Below, in pieces: positions 1-11,495 of a DNA stretch of 41,425 nt. The position numbers were made by a program, and so were the translations under genes. Origin of the DNA: Octopus sinensis. Lineage: Eukaryota. Position 1 is the first letter of the stretch; each line of letters opens with the position of its first letter. The stretch covers positions 1 to 41,425 of the forward strand of contig NW_021835442.1 in NCBI RefSeq assembly GCF_006345805.1. Reading direction: 5' to 3'. Under the pieces are notes generated by a model. That model worked only from the letters and a program-made list of their open reading frames with translations. It ran no database searches and had not been told where the DNA came from.

Positions 1-140
1 TATATAATAATACAATATATATATATATATATATATATAATTACATATATATATATATATAATATAAGTTATAGTATATCTATATATGTGTATATATATA
101 TATATACGTATATATATATATATATATATATACGTATATC

Positions 141-181
<41 letters not shown>

Positions 182-186
182 ATACG

Positions 187-231
<45 letters not shown>

Positions 232-240
232 CGTATAGAT
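1..240. repeat. Interrupted (TA)n microsatellite
   Basis: TA dinucleotide run with TACGTA interruptions; the Y/I ORF in the track is an artefact of it. Confidence 0.95.
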
Positions 241-254
241 ATGCCACAAATGTG

Positions 255-620
255 TCCATATTTGGTGCCTAGGACTCCAAACCTGCCCATCAAGATGTAG
301 GACAATATTCTGTGATAGCTTGGGCTCCGAGGCCCACAGCTCTTCAATATCCTCCCGAAGAACCTGAGAGACTGCCATGGGGAGGATACAGATGTCTATA
401 AAATGAAGCTGGATCTCTTCCTGTCAGGTGTCCCAGATGAACCAACTTCACGGCAGGAGGGGCAGATGAGGGCAGCTGCATCGAATTCTCTCATGCACCA
501 AATAGCAGTTGCTAGAAAGCCTCCATGAAGTGAAACCAAGTAGCAACACCAAATGGCGGTGCCCCAGCATGGCCACAGCTCATAAGCTGAAACTAGAATC
601 AATCAATGAATCAATCAATC
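255..620 (+). mobile_element. 3' terminal fragment of CR1-group LINE (family B, same family as 20966-26387)
   Basis: Encodes ...[19 protein letters not shown]...[13 protein letters not shown]...RAAASNSL. Ends GGCGGTGCCCCAGCATGGCCACAGCTCATAAGCTGAAACTAG + (AATC)n, matching the reverse complement of 20966-21300. Confidence 0.9.
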
Positions 621-679
621 ACATATATATATATATACGTATATATATATATATATAAATATATATATACATTTAAATA

Positions 680-3174
680 TTTGTTGTGCAAGATTTTTTA
701 TGTGAAGTCGTGTGTTGAAACAGATATTGTTATATTTCGGAATGGTCATATTGCCAGTTGAGCCAATAAAAACACACGCACTATATATTCGGTGTTATTT
801 TTGCTTTAGTGATATTTATTTTTTACATTAATCTTAATCTTATTTCGGCCAAAGTTCTTTCGTCACACTCCTGTGACCGCATCAGTGGTCCTTTGTTTTC
901 TTCTCATACTTGTGTCTCTCCTTACAAACGTCAGCCATTTGTATTTCTATTGTATGTCTTCATTTGCGCATGCTTATATCTCCATGTGGGTCTATGTTTA
1001 TTTAGTGTGGTGTGGGGGGATGTGTAATATTTCTATCTTCTGTTTATATACATCTTGTAATTGTATCGTGTTTTTGTTGTTGTTGCTTTGTTCGAATTTT
1101 GTTCATGTGTTTACATCCACCATTATTATCATACATCGGTTGTATGTATGTATAACAACAATATTAGTAATATAATAATAAATCTAATCGAAAAAAAAAA
1201 TAATATAATTATACACATATATATATACTATCTACACACATGATACACATATACATATATAATACACACATACCATATATAAGTTATTCATTTCTATTTC
1301 TTTAACTACCTCTGTATTTATTATGTTTGCAGGATCCACTATCGTCATATGTTGTGGTGTGTGCTATTGCTCCATTCTAGTTTTCTATTCAGGCTAGGTT
1401 TTTTCTATTATATGTGTAGCTTCTGTAATTTGTCTAATTGTTGCATCTGTTCTATGTGTGGACAATATCTTAATCTCTATGTTATTGATTGATCCCCCGT
1501 GTTCTTGTTCGGCGTGTTGGTACAGAATCGATGAGCTTTTACCTCCCTGGAGTGTCTCCAATGTTCATTCACCCGCTCTCCAATGCGTCTTGCTGTTCCC
1601 CTACGTATGTTACTGTCTTGTTACTGCATCGTCCCTCTATACATCTTATACTATAGACCACATTTCTGGCTTTACAGTTTGTTGTGGGCTAAATCTACAT
1701 ACAGTGCCAATAGTTATCCGTACAGAGAGTTCTACTAAAAGGATAGGTTCTACCAATATAGATCTGATAGGTGCCTGGCTTTTCAACAACCTTAATTCTT
1801 AGTTTAAGTTTATCTAGGGTCCTTCTAAAGCGGTACGCCAGTTCACCTCCAGGGGTGGTGTCAACGAACATGACACTCTGGTATTTATGGCTATCATACC
1901 AAGAGTTGGCCTTCCCTATTTTCTTTTTTGTCCTTTCTATAGTGTTCCATGACTTGTTCCTCTAGAGTGGGCAAATCCCATTCCTATCATTACATAATAT
2001 ATTATCAAATTTCTTCATGGCTCCTTTGTATACTCTGATCCTTTCTTTATGGCTGTAACCTGAGAACTGCATGCGGTGAATGAAATACTGTATGTGTCTC
2101 TTTAATTCTGTAGGCTCGCACATGCGTGACACATTTCTCATTATCCTGACGAGGTCTGCCATCAAAATATTGAATTTGGCATTGCCCGCAATGGCTGAGT
2201 TCCGGTGGATCAGGTATTTTGAGGCCATAGGTTTTGCATAGTATGAATGAAGGATTTGGGTTTTATTTTTCACAATTTCTAGCCAGAGTTCGGTGTCTAG
2301 TACTGGTAGTCTATGGGGGGGGTGTTTAGTGGGGTAGTCTATGTGACCTTAATACTCTGGTGGATGGAGTTAGCTATTTGCTGGATGCTCTCCATAGTAT
2401 TAGTTTCTATTACTATATCAACATTACTCTCTTGTGGGGGTGCCTTTACTACTATATTGATATCATCAACATAGCGAGAGTACATGTTTACGAGTATGGA
2501 TTTCTGCAGTAGGCATTCTTTAAGCCTTCTGTCCCACCATACCATGAAGAGGTTGGCCACATCACCAGCGATACTAACACCGATGGCTGCCCCCTCGTCC
2601 TGGGCAGATATTTTATTATTAAATTTAAATGTATGGCTTTTTAGGGTAACTCTTATACTAGCTCCTAGTGCATGAGCGATCATTTTCTTTACCTGATGGA
2701 CATTTGCGGGGCTCCGTATGGCTCTGGTCCATCCGCGCCATCTTTCTATATGTGTCTTCCTAGCCATAGAAGTAATTGTAGGCGGTCTACCTCTTAAACA
2801 TCTACTGGGGCAGAAACTACTAAGATTATGTTTATCTAAGTATTCACTATTATATGTCAGTCTAAGTAGGAGGCCCAGTTCTTCTGTGTCGACATTACAG
2901 AACTCCACCTGGCTCTCGTTGATCATCTCCACGCACTTCTCCACTGCAAAATCTACGTCAATCGATGGGTATAGGGATACCACATCCATGCTACCTACTA
3001 TACATCCTGTCAAGTCACAAGTTTTGTTACAGTCACTGATCCTGCTTAGGAGATCTTCTGTGCTGTCACACACATCAGGTGACATCCTGATTATAGGGCG
3101 TATGATCATTGAGAGGAAGTAGGAGATTCTGTAATTGCTAGCGATATTCGCTCCACAGATAACAATACTCATAG
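680..3174 (-). mobile_element. 5'-truncated Penelope-like element (RT + C-terminal GIY-YIG), tentatively Naiad/Neptune-like; decayed
   Basis: RT motifs SMDVVSLYPSID, GAAIGVSIAGDVANLFM and RYVDDI. Hand translation across frameshifts gives DYPTKH..LPVLDTELW, YAKPMASKY, CKARNVVYSIRCIEGRC..YVGETARRIGERVNEH and RQITEA..PSLNRKLEW, with a stop near 1345. The left boundary is approximate. Confidence 0.85.
847..891 (-). ncRNA. Degenerate type I hammerhead ribozyme motif
   Basis: Minus strand: GGACCA CUGAUGC G GUCAC-AGGAGU-GUGAC GAAA GAAC UU UGGCC. Stem II is perfect, A9 is replaced by C, and stem I lacks one nt. It lies in the 3' region of a PLE, where hammerheads are expected. Confidence 0.55.
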
Positions 3175-4084
3175 GAGTTAAACAGCTTCTCCCTGGTCGG
3201 AAACCATGTTGGGTGTCAGGCAGCAAGTCATTCTCTTCAAGGAAGGTGATCAGTTTCCTTCTGACTATTCGTTCCATGACCTTGCTGATGTGTGAGGTCA
3301 GAGAGATAGGTCTGTAGTTCTTGGCCTCCGCACTGCTACCTCCTTTATGAATGGGGCATATTTTACCTTCCTTCAGTTTTCTTGTAAGTTTGCCAGCTGC
3401 AAGGAAGCTCTGAAAGAGGAACTGCAGTGATCTTGCTAGGACTCTCTTACATGCTTTTAGGAGGATTGCCGGGAATCCATCGGGGCCAGTAGCTGAGTCT
3501 GTTTTCATTTCATCTATAGCCTTGATTACATCGTCTTCCTTTATATCGATGTAATTTATCGTCGCCGCCTCTGACCCCATATCTGGAGTGGTGAAGAAGT
3601 CAGTTGGATTGGTGATTTGGAGATGCCCAAGGGGTGGAGTGAAAACACTCTTGAATTGCTCATTCAGTACTTCACTTACCCTCATTGGTTTTCCTGTAAG
3701 TGTGCCATCCTTTTCAAGGAGTGGCCCTATTCTACAGAGTAGCGTAGCTGTTTCTTTGGCAGACCTGTAGAAAGCTCTGGGGTTAGATTTTATGTTGTCT
3801 ATAGCCCAGGCTTCTTTGTCTGCTCTTTCTTTTTCATGGGAGAGTTGCAGACATTTTTCAATTTCCAACAGTTTTATTTTTAGGCGGGACTTTTCACTGC
3901 TTTCAATCTGTTTGTTTAGGCGATTTGAAATTTTTGTACGCCGTCTCATTAATTTTTCCTCTCTCTGGGGATTTTGTCCTTGTGTACAGTGGCCTTTCTC
4001 ACTGGGACGCATTTGTTGCATATGGCTTGCATTACAGACATGAATTGTTGAAGTTTCACGTCGATGTCTGGCGAGAAGAGACAT
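2339..4084 (-). pseudogene. Chimeric 581-codon ORF: CR1-group ORF2 linker/RT N-terminus fused in frame to Penelope-like RT
   Basis: The N-part has [20 protein letters not shown] (LINE). After about position 3175 the same frame reads PMSIVICGA..MDVVSLYP..YVDD (PLE). Confidence 0.85.
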
Positions 4085-4278
4085 TTAGGCCAGTTTTGTT
4101 TGAGGATCTCTTTCTCAATTTGTTTCCAGTTTGCCTTATGGAGTTCAAGCTGGGAAAGATTCTGAGGGTTTCTTGTAGGCTGCATGTCCGTGCTCTCTTT
4201 GGCCCGTACATAGTCAGCTCTACCATGTGTGATCCGTGAGTAGTGTCGGTGTCACTTCACATTATGGATGAGATCCAT
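3175..4278 (-). mobile_element. Internal fragment of CR1-group LINE family B, truncated at both ends
   Basis: Colinear and highly similar to about 22300-23399. It begins at a (TA)n array and ends at the PLE junction. Confidence 0.9.
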
Positions 4279-5198
4279 AAATAAATATATATATATATAC
4301 TATATATATATGTATATATATATATATATATTATATACGTATATATATATATATATACGTATATATTTTATATAAGGATTAGATATATATATAGATATAC
4401 GATATATACGTATAGATATATACGTATAGATATATATATTTATATATAATTTTTACGTATATATATATTTATACGTATAATATATATACGTATACATATA
4501 TATACATATATAAATATATATATATACGTATATATATATACATATAGATATATATATATAACGTATATATATATATATGTATATATATATATAAATATAT
4601 ACGTATATATATATATATACGTATATAGATAATAGAATATACAATATATACGTATATAGAATATATAGATATATGCGTAATATATATATATTATATATAT
4701 ATATATAATACTATATATATATATATATACGTAGATATAATTAAATATATATATATATTTAAAATTATAGATATATATACGTATATATATATATATATAT
4801 AAGATATACGTATTATATATATATATATTACGTATATATATATATACGCATATATATATATATTATATATATATATACGTATTATTTATATTTACATATA
4901 CGTACATACGATATATATAATATTTATATTTTCTATATATATTTCGCCTGTATATATAGATATATACGTTTTATATATATAATTTATATACGTATTATTT
5001 ATATATAATATATAATGTATATATATATACGTATATAATATATATGTATATATATATACGTATATATATTACGTATATATATATATACGTATAAATATAT
5101 TATATATACGTAAAAAAAATATATAAATATATAGATATATATATATACGTATTATATATATAATATACGTATATATATATATTATACAATATATACGT

Positions 5199-5229
<31 letters not shown>

Positions 5230-5241
5230 ATAGATTATTAC

Positions 5242-5279
<38 letters not shown>

Positions 5280-5282
5280 TAG

Positions 5283-5325
<43 letters not shown>

Positions 5326-5751
5326 TATAATTACGTATATATTTATATACATATATACGTATATATTTATATTATATATATATATATATTAACCCACGTC
5401 TATATATATATATATATATAGTATATATAAATATATTATTAGAAAAAATATATTTTTGAGATCGGGATGGGTAATCAGATCGGATGGTTCTTATTAGATA
5501 TTATATTTTTATTTATTTATATTACATTTTTTACATATATATCATATCATTCAGATTATATCTATTCGGTTAGCGCTTTCTCCCAATCGAGTGGGCTTTC
5601 AATCAAATCAAATCAAATCATATATATATATATAGTATATTATATATATATATATATATATAATATTATATAAAATATAATAAATACGTATATATATAAT
5701 ATAGTATATATATATATACGTATATATTTATATATATAATTATATATATAT
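4279..5751. repeat. Interrupted (TA)n array with a short non-TA island (about 5460-5620) ending in (ATCAA)n
   Basis: Direct reading. Confidence 0.9.
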
Positions 5752-6560
5752 AACGGGAAGCTTTATGAAAATAAACAAAAGACGAAGGCAGGTGGAAAAC
5801 AAACGAACAATTGTATTAGTATGGCGCTCAGGAAATATAAATAAAACAAGTCTTTAACGTTTCGAGCCTACGCTCTTCAACAGAAAGATACACAGAGACA
5901 AGAATAGAAGAGAGAGAGAGAAAAACACAGAAAGAAGGAGAGAAAAAAAATGCGTGCAGTAGCTAACGAATCAACATGGCGATCTGATTTCGGCCAGAGG
6001 TCAAAGATCAAACATGAGACGCGAGAGCGAAATAAGGGGAGATAATAGGGTTGAGGTGAGACCAGCTAAAAGTGCGTGGGAGGGGTCTGGATGTGTGTAT
6101 GTATAGGGTTGTGTGTATGTATTAGTATGTATAAGGGTGTGTGTGTGTGTGTGTGTGTATGAGAGAGTATTAGTGCGTAGGATTGGTCTGGACGTGCGTA
6201 TGTATGGGGTTGGTGTGTATGTATTAGTATGTATTAGTATGTATTAGTACGTATTGGTATGTATAGGTGTGTGTGTGTGTGTGTGTGAGAGAGTATAAGT
6301 GCGTATGCGGGGTCTGGACGTGTGTATGTATAGGGTTGGTGTAAGTATTAGTATGTACTAGTATGTATTAGTACGTATTAGTATGTATTAGTTGGTGTGT
6401 GTATTAGTAGTATGGCACATCATATGTGATGTGATGTGTAAAGTCATGTGGTGTAGTGAGGAGAAGAGGGGGAGGGGAGAGGGAGAAGAGGGGGGGAGAA
6501 GGGGAGAAGGGGAGGGGAAGAAGAGGGGGAGGGGAGGGTGAAGAGGAGAGGATGGGGGAG
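5752..6560 (-). repeat. 3' pseudo-LTR copy of the Poseidon-type PLE
   Basis: Starts AACGGGAAGCTTTATGAAAAT on + and recurs 4548 bp away at 10300. Contains three degenerate GTCTGGACGTG..GTATTAGTATG subrepeats. Confidence 0.9.
5851..5888 (-). ncRNA. Minimal type I hammerhead ribozyme in pLTR (copy 1)
   Basis: Minus strand: UCUUU CUGUUGA A GAGC-GUAG-GCUC GAA ACGU U AAAGA. Stem I is UCUUU/AAAGA and stem III is the palindrome ACGU (dimer type). A6 is replaced by U. Confidence 0.75.
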
Positions 6561-9500
6561 AAGGAAGGGGGGGAGGAGAGGGATGAAGGAGGAAAGAGGG
6601 AGAGGGGAGAGAGAAGAGAGAGAAGGGGGAGAGAGGGAGTGAGGGAGCAGAGGGGGGAAGGGGAAGAGGGAGGGAGAGAGAAGAGGGAAGAAGGGAAGGG
6701 GAGTAGGGGTGAAAGGATGAAGGACTGAAGAAGTAGGGGTCGGGGGAGGGTGAGGGGGGGTTAGATGAGGAGGGGGGAGAGTTGAGACCAAATGGCGTAT
6801 AAGAGCGAAGAGAGAAGATTAATTCCTGTTCACGGCGCAAACGGGAATCCGGATGGCCTCTGTGTAAGGACAAACCGAACACAGATAGGTGTTGCAAGGA
6901 GTGACCGGTGGAGCGGAAATGGCGTGAGACCGGTGTGTGTGTCGTTCGCAAGGTGGATGTCACGAAGGTGTTCCGCGAACCGGTCAGCCAAGCGGCGTCC
7001 CGTTTGTCCGATGTACAAGGAATTGCAGAGAGAGCAAGAGATGCAATAGATAATATTGCTGGAGGTGCAGGTGAAGGAGTGGATGATGGGATAGGGTCGA
7101 TGGTGGGTGCTAGTGAGGGGGTGGTGTTGGAGAGGTAAGGGCAAGTGCGGCAACGTGGGCGGGGCAGGGGAACGAGCCGGGTTGGGAGGTAGGGTCAGGG
7201 AAGGAGCTATGGACCAAAAGGTCTCGAAGGTTGTGGGCTCGTTTGAAAGAGGGGAGGGGTCGGTTAGGGAAGAGGTGTGAAGTGGACGGGTCGGACTGGA
7301 GATGACGGAAAGCTCGAAGAATGGTGCGTTGGAGACGTAGGGTCGTGGGGTGGTAAGTGAGGGGAAAAGGGAGGCGGGAGACTACAGGGGGGGTTCGGGG
7401 AGAGAGAGCAGATACACGGTCCACGGACCGTGCTCTGGCAAGGGCGGTGTGGATAGTGGTGGGGGGTATCCACGTAGGGTGAAGTGGTGAGCCATACGTT
7501 GAGACTGAGTCTCAAAGTCATGGTCGTCACTACAGAGCCTACGTAGACGGAGGAATTGGGAATAGGGGATGGAAAGCTTGGTGTGTGTTCTGGGTGGGAG
7601 GAAGAGAAGTTGAGGTATGAGTGTGAGTCTGTGTGTTTGTAGTGAATGGAGGTGGTAAGAGTGGAGTCAAGAATGCTAACCGAAATGTCGAGGAAGGAGA
7701 CAGAGGTGTTGGAGATAGTGGAAGTGAAGTGGAGGGCTGGATGGAAAGATTGGACGAAAGAGAGGAAGGAATCTAGATGTTCGCGGGAGAGTGAGGTGGC
7801 ACCGATAATGTCGTCAATATAACGACCATACAGTTCAGGAGTGGGACCAGTGAAATTAGAGAATATTTGGGCCTCAACATAGCCAACGAACAGGTTCGCA
7901 TAGTTGGGGCCCATTCGCGTTCCCATGGCCACTCCCGAGACCTGATGGTAGAACTCGCCCGCGAACGAGAAGCAGTTCAGAGTAAGGACAAGTTCGGCCA
8001 GACGAATGAGTGTGGAGGTGTCAGGTACAGGGTTAGAGCGGAGGTCAAGAAAGTGTCGAAGGGCCTGCAGTCCTTCGTGGTGAGGGATAACAGTATAGAG
8101 ACTTTGGATGTCCATAGTAAAAAGGATTTTGGAGGAGCCGGGAGGAAAGGAGAAAGAGTTGAAAAGCCGGAGAGCATGGTTGGTATCGTGGATGTGGGAG
8201 GGAAGAGATGCCACTAGGGGGGCAAGGACACGGTCGAGGTATTTAGAGATGAGCTCCGTGGGGCAGTTACAGGCGGAGACGATGGGGCGGCCAGGGTTGT
8301 TGGGTTTGTGGATTTTGGGGAGGAAGTAAATGGTGGGGGTACGTGGGGTTCGCACAATTAGGTTGGATGCGGTGCGGGGGAGACGGGAGGACGAGATGAG
8401 GTCTTGGACAGTAGAGGATACCGTCTGTTGGTAGCTACGTGTGGGGTTAGAGGGCAGAGGGGAATAGAAGGAGGTGTCATTGAGTTGGCGGAAAGCCTCG
8501 GCCTATAGAGGTCCGCGCGCCACACCACTACAGCTCCACCCTTGTCAGCCGGTTTGATGATAATGTCAGCGCGCCGTTGGAGGGAACGAAGAGCCAAGAG
8601 CTCAGCCGGGGAGATGTTGAGGCGGCGTTGGCGCCTGGAGAAGTTGAACCGCTCCAATGCACGCTGACAAGCGCCCGCGAAAAGATCCACTGCTAGGATC
8701 TGGCCAGGGGCAGGCGTCCACGGGGATGGTCGGCGGCCCAGGCCAGTGAAGCAGTCGTCCTCTTCGTTGGGTGTGGGTGGCGAGTCGTGTGGTAATGCGC
8801 ACCCAACCGGACACGGCGCACAAAGCTGTGGACATCAACTCGCGTCTGGAATTCCTTACAGGATGGAGTGAGGGGGATGAAACGCAGACCCCTACCAAGG
8901 ACGGAGCGTTCAGCCGCAGAGAGGGGAAGATCGGGGGGAATGGTAACAACAGACGGAAGTGGAGAAGGGGTGGGTGGAATAGAAGTAGGAGGGGTGGTAG
9001 GTCTCGTGGAGGTCTGAGGGGGGGGAGGGATTGGGGAGGTGTGTGGGGGGTGGTTGGGCGGGGCAGTAGGGTTAGGTGTAGGTGGATGGAGCCTAACGGG
9101 AGGGGAGAAGGGGTTGTAGGGAGGGGCAGTGGGGTTAGGTGTGGGTGGATGGAGCCTATCGGGAGGGGAGAAGGGTGGTGGAGGAGTTGGGGTAGTGGCG
9201 TCGGGTAGGGTGGAATGGAAGAGTGATTGGAGTTTACGAAGTTTGGTATCAGAAAGAAATTGATGGAAGAGTTGATTCAAATGGATAATGAAGCGTAGCG
9301 TGTTTGGAGCATAGAGAGGCGGCAGAGAGGAGAAGAAGGTGGAGAAAGCAGGAGGAAGAAGGCGGTTGATGGCATGTAGTTTGAGAGATTGGAGCGAATG
9401 GTGGCCCGCATAAGGCGGTAAGATGTGGTGCGGAGTATGGGTAAGATGGAAGAATCCGAGTGGAGAGCAGGGTGGAAGTGGAGGCGGAAACCTTTAGGGA

Positions 9501-9690
9501 TGAGTCGGTGATGTAGGCAGCGGCTTAGGAAAGAGACATGGCTAGAGAAGCGGGTTTTTTTAAAAAGAAGTAGAGAGAGATTAACGGACGGCTGAAGGCA
9601 ATATACAGGAAGCGAACGTAGATGATCCTTCAAACGGTGATGGAGGGTGAGGAGGTAGGACCTAGGATCCGGCATGATGGGATAGCGGAA
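6388..9690 (-). pseudogene. PLE polyprotein (N-terminal domain, Pro-rich linker, RT, GIY-YIG endonuclease), broken by several frameshifts
   Basis: ORF-track pieces 9277-9729, 8693-9280, 8358-8690, 7264-8355, 7110-7424, 6830-7153 and 6388-6963 give the expected motif order. Confidence 0.88.
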
Positions 9691-10299
9691 AAAAAACGTT
9701 CGAAAAAACAAAAAAAACAAAAAAAACAAAAATTATCGTATGAAAAAAATAGAAAAAAAGGATAGCGAAAAAAGGGGAAAAAACAAACGTTCAAAAAAAC
9801 AAAAAAATAATAATCGTATGAAAAAACTAGATAAGTAAGCGATAGGGGCAGAAAAGACGGGGCAAACGGAAAAGGGAAAGAAAGAAGGGAAGCAGAGAGA
9901 GGGGGAGGCAAAAAAAAGGGGGTGCAGGCAGAGGAAACGGAGTATGGACATCCAGAGAGGGAAGAAAGACGGAAAGGAGAACAAAAATTCAGGAAAATGT
10001 GGAAAGCATGAAATGAATGTAAAAAAAGTGGTAATATAAGAGAAAATAAAAATACAACAAACGGGACAGTTTATGCGAACAAGTTCAAGGTTGAAAGTTC
10101 AAGGTGAGAAATGTGTAGACGTCGTGGTATATTTTTTAAGGATTTCACATCAATGCAAAGTCACTTTGATCCGCGAAAGAGAGGTGCAGCCAATGGTAAG
10201 TATCCAAGAGGTAAAGAAAATCCAAGGTAGAGGTAAGTGTTGATAGTGGTATTGGTAGAATATAGGATGAAAGTGAGACCACGTGAGCGCATAATATAT

Positions 10300-11070
10300 A
10301 ACGGGAAGCTTTATGAAAATAAACAAAAGACGAAGGCAGGTGGAAAACAAACGAACAATTGTATTAGTATGGCGCTCAGGAAATATAAATAAAACAAGTC
10401 TTTAACGTTTCGAGCCTACGCTCTTCAACAGAAAGATACACAGAGAGAGAAAAACACAGAAAGAAGGAGAGAAAAAAAATGCGTGCAGTAGCTAACGAAT
10501 CAACATGGCGATCTGATTTCGGCCAGAGGTCAAAGATCAAACATGAGACGCGCGAGAGCGAAATAAGGGGGATAATAGGGTTGAGGGACCAGCTAAAAGT
10601 GCGTGGGAGGGGTCTGGATGTGTGTATGTATAGGGTTGGTGTATGTATTAGTATGTATAAGGGTGTGTGTGTGTGTGTGTGTATGAGAGAGTATTAGTGC
10701 GTAGGATTGGTCTGTCTGGACGTGCGTATGTATGGGGTGGGGTTTGTATTATTAGTATGTATTAGTATGTATTAGTACGTATTGGTATGTATAGGTGTGG
10801 TGTGTGTGTGTGAGAGAGTATAAGTGGGTATGCGGGGTCTGGACGTGTGTATGTATAGGGTTGGTGTAAGTATTAGTATGTACTAGTATGTATTAGTACG
10901 TATTAGTATGTATTAGTTGGTGTGTGTATTAGTATGGACATCATATGTGATGTGATGGTAAAGTCATGTGGTGTGTGTGTGTGGAGTGAGGAGAAGAAGA
11001 GGGGGAGGGGAGAAGAGGGGGGAGAAGGGGAGGGGAAGAAGAGGGGAGAGGGGAGGGGAAGGGAGGAGGA
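10300..11070 (-). repeat. 5' pseudo-LTR copy of the Poseidon-type PLE
   Basis: Direct repeat of 5752-~6560. The first ~140 bp appear identical; later differences are mostly indels in simple repeats. Confidence 0.9.
10399..10436 (-). ncRNA. Minimal type I hammerhead ribozyme in pLTR (copy 2)
   Basis: Identical to 5851-5888. Confidence 0.75.
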
Positions 11071-11194
11071 TATATATTATATATATATACGTATAATATA
11101 TATATACGTATATATGGTATATATATACGTATATATATATATAGTATTATGTATATATATACGTATATATATATATATAAATATATATGATAAA

Positions 11195-11237
<43 letters not shown>

Positions 11238-11250
11238 ATATACGTAATAT

Positions 11251-11288
<38 letters not shown>

Positions 11289-11461
11289 CGTATATATATA
11301 ATATCTATATATATAAATTATACGTATATATATATATATATTATATATATATAATATATACGTATATATATATATATAATATATCGTATATATATATATA
11401 CGTACATATATATATATATATACGTATATATATATATATTATATATATATATATATATACG

Positions 11462-11494
<33 letters not shown>
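11071..11494. repeat. Interrupted (TA)n array
   Basis: Direct reading. Confidence 0.95.

Positions 11495-11495
<1 letters not shown>

Larger units (their letters stand above)
5752..11070 (-). mobile_element. Penelope/Poseidon-type element, near full length, with partial-tandem pseudo-LTRs
   Basis: Frameshifted ORF with RFSSH..FL..CL..LIPKGF, GRGLRFIP, IKPADKGGAVVVW, LPKIHKPNNPGRPIVS, MDIQSLYT, GVAMGTRMGPNYANLF, RYIDD and GIY-YIG NIIYCISCSLCNSLYIGQTGRRLADRFAEH. Direct repeats at 5752-~6560 and 10300-11070. Both ends lie in (TA)n. Confidence 0.93.

Noticed and set aside
1340-1720. Selenocysteine (in-frame TGA) and SECIS, as reported for some Naiad elements
   Set aside because: Cys positions in the GIY-YIG region read TGT/TGC. 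The stops seen are explained by frameshifts, and no SECIS was recognised.
6444-6791. Pro/Leu/Ser-rich and Arg/Gly/Glu-rich ORFs on both strands
   Set aside because: Low-complexity polypurine tract at the PLE 3' end.
5752-11070. Direct repeats as true LTRs of an LTR retrotransposon
   Set aside because: No TG..CA ends, PBS, gag, protease or integrase; GIY-YIG and hammerheads indicate Penelope pseudo-LTRs.
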